Below, one piece after another: positions 11,301 through 21,500 of a stretch of DNA of 64,000 bases. Position 1 is the first letter of the stretch. Each line of letters starts with the position of its first letter. The stretch comes from Marinicella sp. GTDB taxonomy: Bacteria; Pseudomonadota; Gammaproteobacteria; Xanthomonadales; Marinicellaceae. The stretch is taken from positions 928,001 through 992,000 of the forward strand of contig OZ246001.1 of the NCBI GenBank assembly GCA_965230295.1. The letters run 5' to 3'. The notes below the pieces were generated by a model. The model ran no database searches and was not told the origin of the DNA. It saw only the letters and a program-made list of their open reading frames with translations. Made by a program: the position numbers and the translations under genes.

Positions 11301-12393
11301 ATACATCAAAGGTATATTCTTCAAACGTACCGTCAGGAAAGGTGATTTTTTTGATATTCCTGAATTCATCAAAATCCCGTCGGATCTGTTTGCCATAGGC
11401 ATCTGTTTCGATGAATGCCCGCAAATCTTGGGTGATGGATCTGACTGTGAAGCCATTGATGTCATGTCGTGCCAGTTCACCATCCCGCTTGAACCAACTC
11501 TCAGTCACCCGACCACCTGGAAAGGTGGTTTTTAAATAGTATTCTTTTTTGCCTTTGAGGTAATCAAACACATAATGAGCCTTGTGCCCCAACACATTGG
11601 TGATCGATTTCACCCGCCCGGAACCACCATACTCAATGGTCTTGATTTTCAATTCCGGATCAGTGATCTGGGTGAGGTTTACATATCCATCATCATTAGG
11701 GGTGTTGCTGTAATCGTAAGTCCAGTTGAAACCCCTCAAATCAGTCACTGCGGCCAGTTTATATCGTTTGGGTGTGGCCGATTCGTCTACCACTTGCCAT
11801 TGGTATATGACTTGTCGACCTTCGTAATCACTGACCGATTGCAGTTGCCCATGTTCAGTGTGATAGCCAAAGGTCAAGACTTGTAAGTTTTTGGCATTCC
11901 TGACCCCTACCAATCTTTCTACCTGGGTTGAATTAACCATGGCGGTTTCATAAAGGAAAGTGGCTGCATAACCTGTGATGTGACCCATGCTGTTGGCACG
12001 TCCGTCGTTATTGTAATGCATGAAATTGCCATCACGATCGGTCCAGGTCCAGCCACTGTGGTCACTTTTTTTGCGCAGTTTCATTCTGGGGCCAAATTTA
12101 AAAATGGTGCCTGCTGAATCCAATTTCTCATAACTGTCGCCACCCCGGATGATGCGCAACACCGTAAGATCGGTGGGATTGATCTCAAACACCAAAGTAT
12201 CCCAGGCAGGGTTGAATTTCCATTGTCCTTGTTCATACAAACGACTCCAACTGACATGTCCGCCAGGTACTTTGACGGAAATGTCTTCAACCACTTCATA
12301 GTAATGCCCTGAGGTGGGTTCAACCCTGGTGTGTCCATTAATTTGAACCATCAACAAAATGACGATCAACAGTGTCTTTGCGATTTTATTCAT
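8311..12393 (-). CDS. Rhs/YD-repeat protein with Sec-type signal peptide and Cys-rich, poly-Gly C-terminal cargo
   Basis: 1360 aa. Hydrophobic N-terminus MNKIAKTLLIVILLMV, many YD repeats, Rhs core (YLNDHLGTP...PGQYAD...RDYAPGLGRYIQRDPLG...PLRYTDPTGL), then a ~169-aa tail ending GGGGGGGGGGNGGGW. Confidence 0.95.
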   Translation of the reverse strand: MNKIAKTLLIVILLMVQINGHTRVEPTSGHYYEVVEDISVKVPGGHVSWSRLYEQGQWKFNPAWDTLVFEINPTDLTVLRIIRGGDSYEKLDSAGTIFKFGPRMKLRKKSDHSGWTWTDRDGNFMHYNNDGRANSMGHITGYAATFLYETAMVNSTQVERLVGVRNAKNLQVLTFGYHTEHGQLQSVSDYEGRQVIYQWQVVDESATPKRYKLAAVTDLRGFNWTYDYSNTPNDDGYVNLTQITDPELKIKTIEYGGSGRVKSITNVLGHKAHYVFDYLKGKKEYYLKTTFPGGRVTESWFKRDGELARHDINGFTVRSITQDLRAFIETDAYGKQIRRDFDEFRNIKKITFPDGTFEEYTFDVSNSNLLTMRDRNGVLTTYSYVNNNLFEVVEAVGEPAERIHRLTHDAYGQVTEVRSLADAQTAESVKTYEYDDHGNMNKATDGRLNERFFTHDARGNVKTYTDARTKLWTFEYDDAGNMTLKQTPNQFETKYKYNKLGHLLEVEHPDQSKRFYESDPLGRGIKVTDEMGGELITEYSSAGSLSKAISEEGNETTYTYDDFGRMTAMITASGLITTYSYQPLVDAPMNSGAFYQPTRVVFPTYSMDLRYDLQNRIIQETRTYEQAGETKIDVMNIEYDAVGNIIETSGNAERTITFEYDALNRRTHRYHEGVLQQQYRYDDRDNMIEFYDAKLNRHRFEYDLANNLKDVIRPMNEAFHFIYDENNYVTFKEDAMGNRIEYLYDDDSRQVGTRSFRSIDGQQQLVNTITYTLNNRGAIERYEDGTLVGTATYDFKLNKLSETLTVHGHSFNHSYEYFKDGLTKSFTGVDGIKYPFSYDDARLAKVVIPNQGDIVYSDFKVNKPQQVTMPGGVVKQMTYDGLQRTMSITATDAQANPIQEHVYGYNDYGFMTSKETQQGNHVFGYDNLDQLISATHPSLPTEGYQYDAVGNRTTSLTTNDAIWQYNANNQLVDAITQSYVYDDNGNMTQVTDAGLGVLNNYVYDEAMRLTQIQDGGGTATHEYHYDPFGRRIFKKDLANNETTYFHYGKEGLIHERLADGSTVNYLHEPHQLEGAKPILKKSAEGYFYYLNDHLGTPHKIIDSQGVVQLAREFSAFGESHDWQAVNGHTDPLMMPGQYADPESFTYHNFNRDYAPGLGRYIQRDPLGVYADANEYVYVSNAPLRYTDPTGLLKFDGGICLGLGARTCGKLKFEFSWTCVKVKICLSFRIGTDITDADDDRPKFKGSAGIGPYKRSKGGTNRFDNKERFFPGPPPPPSSCASASFGCEIHVPFFHAGAGLSSSSGYYGNAGATLDNLDDVKLGCKLEGCIELYNSCDKCPKTNPCAGGGGGGGGGGNGGGW

Positions 12394-12522
12394 AGCAATT
12401 TTTCCTTAATAACTTGTTTCTATTTGCAATGTGGGTGGGGACCACTGTGGTCTTATTGCCACCTTCATTGCAGTTTTATATTCAATCCATATTTATTCAG
12501 AACATGTTTTCTTTGGTACCAG

Positions 12523-15500
12523 TCAGTTGCCGCTACCGGGGCCACCGCCTCCAGGACCGCCGCCTCCGCCGCCACCTCCAGGGCCTCCGCCGCCTCCGCC
12601 TCCGCCGCCTCCGCCGCCACCGCCGCCACCGGCACCAGAAACGTTACAACATTGATCACCTTCACATTCAGGCGCACAAGGGGAAGATTCCTCATTGGCA
12701 CCAGGTCCGCCACACCACAGTGCCGCATCTGCTTGCCAACATCGGAAATCAAGTGGTCCACCGTCACGACTGTTGCGAGGTGGTTTGGGCAGCTTAATGC
12801 CAGGCTCACCACAGTCATCACCCGCCACATATGACACGTAACTGGGTGATGCGGTCCCGTCAATCTCGCCGCTTGGGCACTGGAATTTGTAAGCGCCATT
12901 GATTTGATTGGTGTAGCCAGAACAACCACCACCGCCCGCATTGCCATCAGCACCGGGAACCAAAGATCGTTTATTGATCAACTTAAAGGGTAAATAGTGG
13001 GTTTCATTGGCTTCGATGCTCTCTGGAACTTCTCCCAAAATCTCGTAAATGAAATATTCATCTTCATTGGGAAAGTTCAAGGCCAGATCGTGGGCCCTGA
13101 TCAAGCCCAAGTTTTTGATTTCCAGTAAACCGGTATACACATCTCCGGGATACATGTCAGGCAAATTGGTGACTGTGGGGCTGATCATCACCACAGGCGC
13201 CGGTACATTGGTTTCAAAGGTCGCATTCATAACCACTTCATAGCGATCTTCAATGGTGATTTCTGTCACTGACCAATCGATGGTGATCAGGTTTCGTTGT
13301 AAAAAGAAGAATTCACTGTTACCAGGAGGACCAGACTGTGGATCCGGTAAGACCCGCATGCGACCATTTAAATCTTCATAGTTAGAGCTGGTGACCTGAT
13401 AACGGTATCGCCCAATATTGATTGGCTCAGTTTGCACCGCGCCTGAGGCATCTGTGACCCACTCATAAACTCGATTGGAATCTATTTCGCTGGTTAATCT
13501 GATCCGCACATTGGCCAAACCTATGGGGTCTGGGTATTCTAATGGATCCAGTCCGGTATATACATTGGCGGTTTGAAAAGCCACAGTGCCCATATCATTG
13601 GTGGTAACCATAGCTGTCAATGGCACATAAAATGGATCTATGTTGTCGCCAGTGATCTCAATGACGTAACCCGAGAGTATTTCACAGGGATCAGGTATTT
13701 GATCACAAATGTTGCTGGGTGGCGTCATGCCTACGTTGACTTCCACACTCTGATAGATTCCCAAAACAGGGATCGTTGCGTTGGACATGAGGTAGATCCA
13801 ACTGGGGGCAACATCAACCACCTGTCCCTGCTGATCCAGTTCAACAATCCTCAGAGACAATTCTTCAGCATCAGCAAAACCATTGTTGGTCATCTCAAAA
13901 GTATCAGTCACCGCCACTCCCGGATTGCTGCGCAGGTCTAACAAATGGGGTTCAACTTCCAATGCCGGCATGCCATTTGCAGCTTCAAAGTTCAATGTGG
14001 CACGACCCAACTCCAAGGTACCGTAATTATCTGAGATAATCCTCACTGTCAATTGACCTTGGCTGACACCCCCATTAGACACATTCAATAACACCGGTAC
14101 GGCTTGCCAATTCATTGGGTGGTTTAACAACGGCAGGGCTGCAGGCAAGGTGATGGCTTGTGCAGGCACATCGGAGGAAACCAGCTCTACCCTAACATTT
14201 TGATACTCCAAGCCACGGGGGGCTTTCAAATACAACAAATGTTCAGTGTCAACGTTGTAAGGGATTCTGACATTTTCATCTTGAAAATCCGCATAGATCC
14301 GTCCCACTTGGAAGCTACCATCCATCGGACGATCCAAAATGTCTGGGTGAGTCACCGACACTTGATATGTACCGGCATCGGTACTACCGGCTGTGTGGGT
14401 GTATGAGAACTGACCAAAGGCATCAGTGAACACATCAATGTTTTGCTCAAAGCCTTCATTACGCAATGATAAATTCAGGGGCACATCAGCCACTGGCTGA
14501 CCATTGTTTCGTGACACTGCTTGACCACTGATGCTGGTGGTTTCACCTTGAACTATCAGCGGTTCACTGACACCCAACAATTCACCCGCGTATGACGTTT
14601 CAGCCAATACCGTGGGTTGGCGTGTTTCAACACCCTGCAGGATGATGGCTTGACCTGAATTTTGGTCAAAGTACATTTTTTCAATGCTGGCTACCACCAC
14701 CACATGATCCCCTGCATTGGCTGGGATGTTGATCGGCTGTGACGATGACAAATAACTGGTGCCAGCCGGGATGCGAGCCACAGTCACTCCAGTGGGGAAC
14801 GTGAATACGTTGTTACCCAACACTTGTCTGAAACCCGCCAAAGCCAAGGTGTTGCCATCGTCATCTTCCAGTCGCAAATGCACATCGCCACTGTCAAGTG
14901 AACCAGTACCCTTTGCGGTGATCAAATCAACACTTTGTTCGCCTGGGTTTTGAATCAGCAATTGAACTTCACCAGTGGTGCCCCTGACAAAATTGTTGGT
15001 GGTGATGCTGATGATCAAGCCACCTTCTTCAACCGGTATGGCCAATTGACTTTCGATGTTGGCTGACGAGCCATCGGTTGGACGATGGTGAATGGTCATG
15101 TCAACCAAAACCTCTTCGGTTCCTACCGGCATGTTTCCTGGGATGTTCAGAGAAACTTCCGCACTGCCAAAACCAGCTATCGAAACTTCATTGGAGTGAT
15201 ACGTTTCACCCTCTACCATCAAAGTCATGGTCACATGGTCAATGGCCTCGGCTTCGTGGTTGGTGATTTCCATGAACAGTTGGTTCATCAACCCACGCTT
15301 GAGGCTTTGTTCGACCATCAGATCGGCAGTCAAATCGGGTAATTTGAGGGTATTGGGCAGAGACTCTCCTCCATTGATGGCGACCACCGCATATGTGCGG
15401 CCTGAACCAGCATAGGAGTCGTCAGTATAGGTGGTGGTTCCTGAGATTGTGCCTGAGGTGTTCAACTTCACCGCATTGCCATTGTCGATTTGATACACAT

Positions 15501-18500
15501 CGAACTCAGTGGCTATGTTGTGTGACCAGTTCAAACTTGGAGACGAGGTATCACTCACCGAGATGTTGAAGTTTTGTACCGGTAATAACGAGGGATTGAT
15601 TGATGCCTCATTGGAAACAGCAGATTCATTGCCCACCGCATCAACAGCAGTCACCAGGTAGGTGCTGGCACCCGAAATCGGCTGACCATCAACCACAGTC
15701 ACCAGATCATTCACCAAGTTGTCGGGGTTGATGTTGTTTAATGTGGGTTGAGGATTACCATTGCGATATAAGCGGTAATGTGCCACTGCATCGGCTGGGT
15801 CGTTCGGTTCCCATTGTGCCTGAATGCCGCTACCGGTTTCTGACAATGTCAACATTTGAGGCGCCGTTGGAGCCACACTGTCGGCTATTGCCACCACTGT
15901 CAAGCTGGTGCCACTGACCGCTTCATCGCTGTTTTCACTGCGCACACTGGCCACGGCATAAACGTATTCGCCATCAGCAGGGCTGTCAACATAATCCGTT
16001 ACGGTTGGTCCTGTGCGATCGAGGTATACCAGGTTCCCAGGGCCCACTGGTTTGCGATACAGCTCATATTCAGCAGCATTCAACACCGGAAACCAAGTCA
16101 AGCGTACTTGACCATCTGGCAAGGATGTGGCCGCCAAACCTTGGGGGGCTTCCAATGGTGGCAAGTCCTCACGATAAATTTGAAACTGGTTGTTGATGGC
16201 GATGCCATTGTTGACATTACCTGCAATATCTTTTGCATGAATTCGAAAACTCAAAGTCTCGGGTGAGACACCCGCGTCACTAGGCACATTATTCAATACA
16301 GCACTGTAAACCCCTGCATTGAAAATCACAGAATCTATCTGAATTTCTGCTCGGTTATTACCTGATAATTGATACCAGACCAAAGGCATATCCATTGTTG
16401 CTTCACTCAGTGTGAATGAAACCGACAGCTCTGGACTACCATCATAATCAATGGGTGAATTCGGTGACATCTCCAATGTCATCACTTCAGGTCCTTGGGT
16501 GTCGATACTGATGTCAGTGATGGGTCCGGTGTTGGTACCCAAATTACCTGCACGGTCATAGGCTGACAAGACGGCTGTTGCAGAAGATTGAAAACTTTCC
16601 CCTCCAAACTCTATCGTGCCAGTAAATTCAGCTGTAGACGATGGTTGGAAATCAACAATGATGGGAGAAGTGCCCGCTGCAGATGGTATAAAACTGAGGA
16701 ATGGTACTTCTGCCAAAGGCTCAGACATGGTCAGAGTTACACCCACCAGTCCTGTTACAAAAGGCTGTGTTTTGTCAAATACCAGACTTTGAACAACTGG
16801 TGCCGTTTGATCAGATACGGCACTGGCCATTCCAGATAAGGGGCCCTCAATGCCTGACCCATCCAAGGCGTTAACTCCGGATATCCAATAAAAATACTGA
16901 CCATCACCTGGTGTCAAATCATTATAGAAAGTGGTCACCACTGGGTTCCCAGCAGTTTGCAACGTTTTAACTCCATTGGCAGAGGTGGATCGATATATAT
17001 GATAACCCACAGTGCTGCCATCGTTGTCTGCATTCCAGGTCAATTGAATGACACCCATGGGTTTTGCCTGAGCGCTCAGCCCAGACGGGGCACTTGGAAT
17101 GTCTTGGTTAACTGTGACATTAAAAACAGTGTATGGTCCAACAGTTGTGCCATTGGCTGGTCGGCTAATCACTGTTCTGGCACGCAAGGTGTTGTTACCA
17201 TCCTGTAAGCTGACAAATCTTTGGAATTGACCGTTTGAGTCTACGGGTATGCCAGTGATTGAACCCACGCCAACCACTTCCAGTTCTACGGTGGCGCCGG
17301 CCACTGACTGTCCCACAACGGATACTTCCAATTCACCCACTTGTGCACCATCCAGAGGTTCATTGATAGTGGGGGGAGGTGGTGCATCCAGGGCGACATT
17401 GATTTGATAATTGGCGGTACTTTGGTTACCAAAAACATCTTCTGCCACGATGTTCAGTGTCACCAATCCATCAACTTCATCGGCCAAATTCCACATCGCT
17501 TGAAACCCGTCGATGGCATTGCTGTCTGTGACACTCATGCCTCCTGATGACGTTTCAAATCGAATCGAAGAAACACCTGAATCATCACTGGCATCAACCA
17601 CGATCAAACCACTGTTTCTCACAACCATTGCATCCACAGCAGGGGCACCACTGATGGTCACAGCATCAATGCTTGGCCCGTCAGCATCGGCCAATGGGGT
17701 TTCAGATACCGACGTGAATACGGGATCAAAATCGCCATGTCGATTGATTGCTATCACGGCAAATTGGTAACTCTGACCATTGGTCAAACCGTCAATATCT
17801 AATGACAAAGGTGCTTGACTGGCTCCACTGCCATAGTTGATTCCAGTGTGCACTTCCGGGTCGATGGTACCGATGGCATGGTATACACGATATTGATTGA
17901 CCACATCAGCTGGTACTGCATGTTCCCATGTCAATGTTACACGACCATCATGTGGTTCTGTACTGACCACTGTTGGATGATTAGGCCATGTCACAGCCGT
18001 TTGACTCCGACGATCTGACACGTTATCAAAACCATCAACGGCAGACACTTCAACCAAATAGCTCGTGGCACGATCCAGGTTCGTTATGGAAAACGAGCTG
18101 ATTGATGAATCCACATCACCAATCGCAACGTCATTCAGAAACACCCGGTAATCGGTCATGTCTCCAGCCGAGTTGATGGAATGACTCCAATATATATCTA
18201 CACTGGATTCTGTCGATTGGTCGACCACAATGCTGCCAGGCATTTCAGGTGGCTCCACATCAACAAACAATGCCTCTACTGAAGTCACACTTGGATCATA
18301 CAAGCCAAGTATATCAGTGGCCACCACGGCATAATGGATGGTTTGTGGCGGAAGGATTTCTGTCACTTGATAAGTTTTTGTACCTGCTGGAATGGTAGCG
18401 ACTTCTGTACCTTGTGAGATGTTGTCAAATGACCCTGTTGTAGATGAATACACCGTATAAAAATCAATGTTTCCCCCATTGGCTAATTCATCGTATGATT

Positions 18501-21500
18501 GCCAATCCAGCAAGGCCGTGCGTCCGTTGCCATCAACCACCACACTGATTGACACTGGTTCTGGTGTTTGGTTGTTGAAGACAATTTCAACCGCTGTAGA
18601 TATACTGGTGTTGCCCGCACAATCAACGGCAGTGAACTGGAAAGTATTGACCCCTTCGGACAAGCTCACTTCAGTTTGCCATGTGGTTTCATTGTCTGCA
18701 GCAACAACTTGTTGGCCATCCAAAAATACAGCGGTGCCTAATTCTTTGGTGCCTGAAATCAATTGGGAACTGACTGATGTGGGAGAAATCACCGCATTCA
18801 CACTCAATTGGACCGGATTGATGGTGTCAACCACGAAAGTCGATCCAAAAAGATCGCTGTCATTGCCTTGTGTATCTTGAACGGCAGCACTGATGGTGTA
18901 ATTTCCATCAAGCAAAGTGGATGTTGGGGTAAAGTTATAAAAATCTCCAACGATCTCTGTTGTGCCGTTGACAGGATTGCCATCTAAAGAGAGGTCAAAT
19001 GTTGATTGAGCCAAGTTGAATCCATTGCCCAAATGATCATACAGCGACAAACTGACCACATTTGGACTTTGTGAAACACACTGCAAATCAAATGGAGTGG
19101 CTGAGACAACTGCAGGCCGTCCTGCTGCATAAAAATAAGTGATTCTGACACTGTCAGATACATTGCCTGCTCGATCAACTGCCGCCACATCCCAAGTGGT
19201 TGTACCTGCAGGCAAATTGATCAGTGCCGACCATTCATTATCTGAATAACCAGTGACCACTTGTCCATTGATGCTGATGGCCGTATTGGCAGGACGGGTA
19301 CCACGCAAAACTTGTAACTCTGAGGCCACCAAATTGCTGGCCGGTTCTACTGCTACCGCCCAGAGTGTAGGAGAGTCTGGTGGCGTGATGTCATATTCAA
19401 TCACATGAGTGTATTGGTCATCCACGGGTTCACCTGGTACCCCATCGGAATCCTGGTCCAAAACATCGGCCACGACATCCATTTGGTAATCACCTTCTTG
19501 ATCCATGGATTTACTTAACACCAAATCCACCACTCCTGAGCCAACCAATTCAATGGTTTGCACCTGGATCGAATCACTGTTGTGAGAGATCAAAAAGTCT
19601 GAAGTCTCTAAATTAAGGACATCTATCGCCTGGTTAAAGCGCAATCTGATTCGGTTGGCTGCGTTGTTCAAATGTGCCTGATCTGTATGCACAATTTGTA
19701 AAGGTAAATCGACAGATTCTAAGATAACGCTGCCAAATTCACCGCTTTGCGACCCTTGGGCCGTTGAAGAGACCTCACCCCCAAAAGCCTCAACCCTGGT
19801 GTTTAAATTACTGCCTTGATTGACTCCATAGTGGATGGCCACGCGACCTCCACCACCACCCCAGCCCCAACCATCGGATGAGCCGCCATTGGCCTGGAAT
19901 GTTCCATCACCGCTCAGTGCTTGGACTTCTAACCAAATAGATCCACCACTGCCACTGCCATTATAGTCAATATCACTGCCATCAGCCTCCAATGAACCTT
20001 CATGGTGCATGTATTTGGCATCGATCTTCAGTGCACCACCACCTCTGGTATTGCCTCCACTGCCACCAACACCGACCAATGTAGGCATTTGTTCATCACC
20101 ATATATCGCATTGGTCGTACCACCACTGGTAGCTTGTACGCCGCCCAGTCCTCCATGTGACCCTGCTGCGGTTCCGGACAGTTCATTGCTTTTAAGCATC
20201 CCTGCTCCTTTAAGATTGATGCCCGATTCACTGTCAATCAAAACCTGATTGGCATTCAAATGAACCCTGTCAGTTAAGTCTTCAGCCGGTTGCTGAATAA
20301 CCTGGCCGTTATTGATTAATGCAATTTTATTCCACTGTTGCACATAAGATGGGATGTAGGTCCAGTTATCAACAATCAAATCTTGGACACTCAGATTCAA
20401 CACATCACCTTGAATCCATGAAAACTGTTCACCAGCGATCATCTCACTGGTGAAAGCGGTATTTTGCTCAATAACAGAATCATAAATAGTTATGTTTTTT
20501 ACCTGCACATTGGTGCCTGGCTCAAACATGACAGAAGCATTGAGAACTGTCAGATATTCACCATTGGTGTTTCGACCGACCTCACCAATGGCAGTTGTTG
20601 CACCCACAATCCAATCAGCCTCATTGGCAATGATGATTTCACCCAAAGGTTGGGCATTGTCTTTCAAATAAACAGTTCCGGCACCGCCACCTTCAAGACC
20701 AGCCTGGAAGCCACCATAAGCCATCACCTGCGAGGTCAAATCAAATCCATTCAAGGTGTCATAGTAAACCGCAACCCGGCCACCGCCACCAGACCCGTAG
20801 TCGGTGTAAGTACCATTGGCACTGATCGTACCAGCACCACTGAGCTCATTCACTTCAAGCCACACCGAACCACCACTGCCACCGCGCCTGTTGACCGATT
20901 GGGCATCGGCCCGAATCGAACCGGATAAATCCAATACGCCGGTAACCGTTAACCGGATCGCACCACCACCGCGGTTGTAATAACCACTGGTACCCAGATC
21001 AACCGGATTGCGCAGATCACCATAAACCGGGTTGGTAAAACGACTTGGATTATCGTCCCACAACATCCCCGAACCACCGTGACTGGCTCCAGAAAGTGAG
21101 CCCATTATATTGGTATCATGATCTGCTGCTTTACCACTCACATCAATCGATGAATCAGCACTGACTGACAAATCAGTCACGGTGATGTGGGTGCCTTGAT
21201 AACCTTCGCTGTGGGTCAAAACTGCACCGTTGAGTAAATTGAGGGTAGATAAGTTCTGGGCGACATTCATCGTTACCACTGCACCATCAAGGGTCAAATC
21301 TACCAGGCCAGACTGACTGGCATCGATGGTCAACTGGGCTCCACCGGTGACCGATAAATTGGTCCAGGTCGGGTGATCCACACCCAAAACAATGTGCACA
21401 CCGTCCTCAATCACGTGTGTGGAAGAATCTGGTATATTGAAAATATTTTGGTGTGAAACCATCGACTGGTTGATGTCAAAGGTCGTGTTGACCGTCAGTT

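Noticed and set aside
8311-12393. T6SS effector or Tc toxin C subunit
   Set aside because: It has a Sec-type N-terminus, and there is no PAAR, VgrG, EagR or TcA/TcB gene in the window.
12331-12953. Pro-rich and Ala-rich ORFs overlapping the GC-rich repeat
   Set aside because: They are alternative-frame readings of the poly-Gly codons of the 3699-aa gene.
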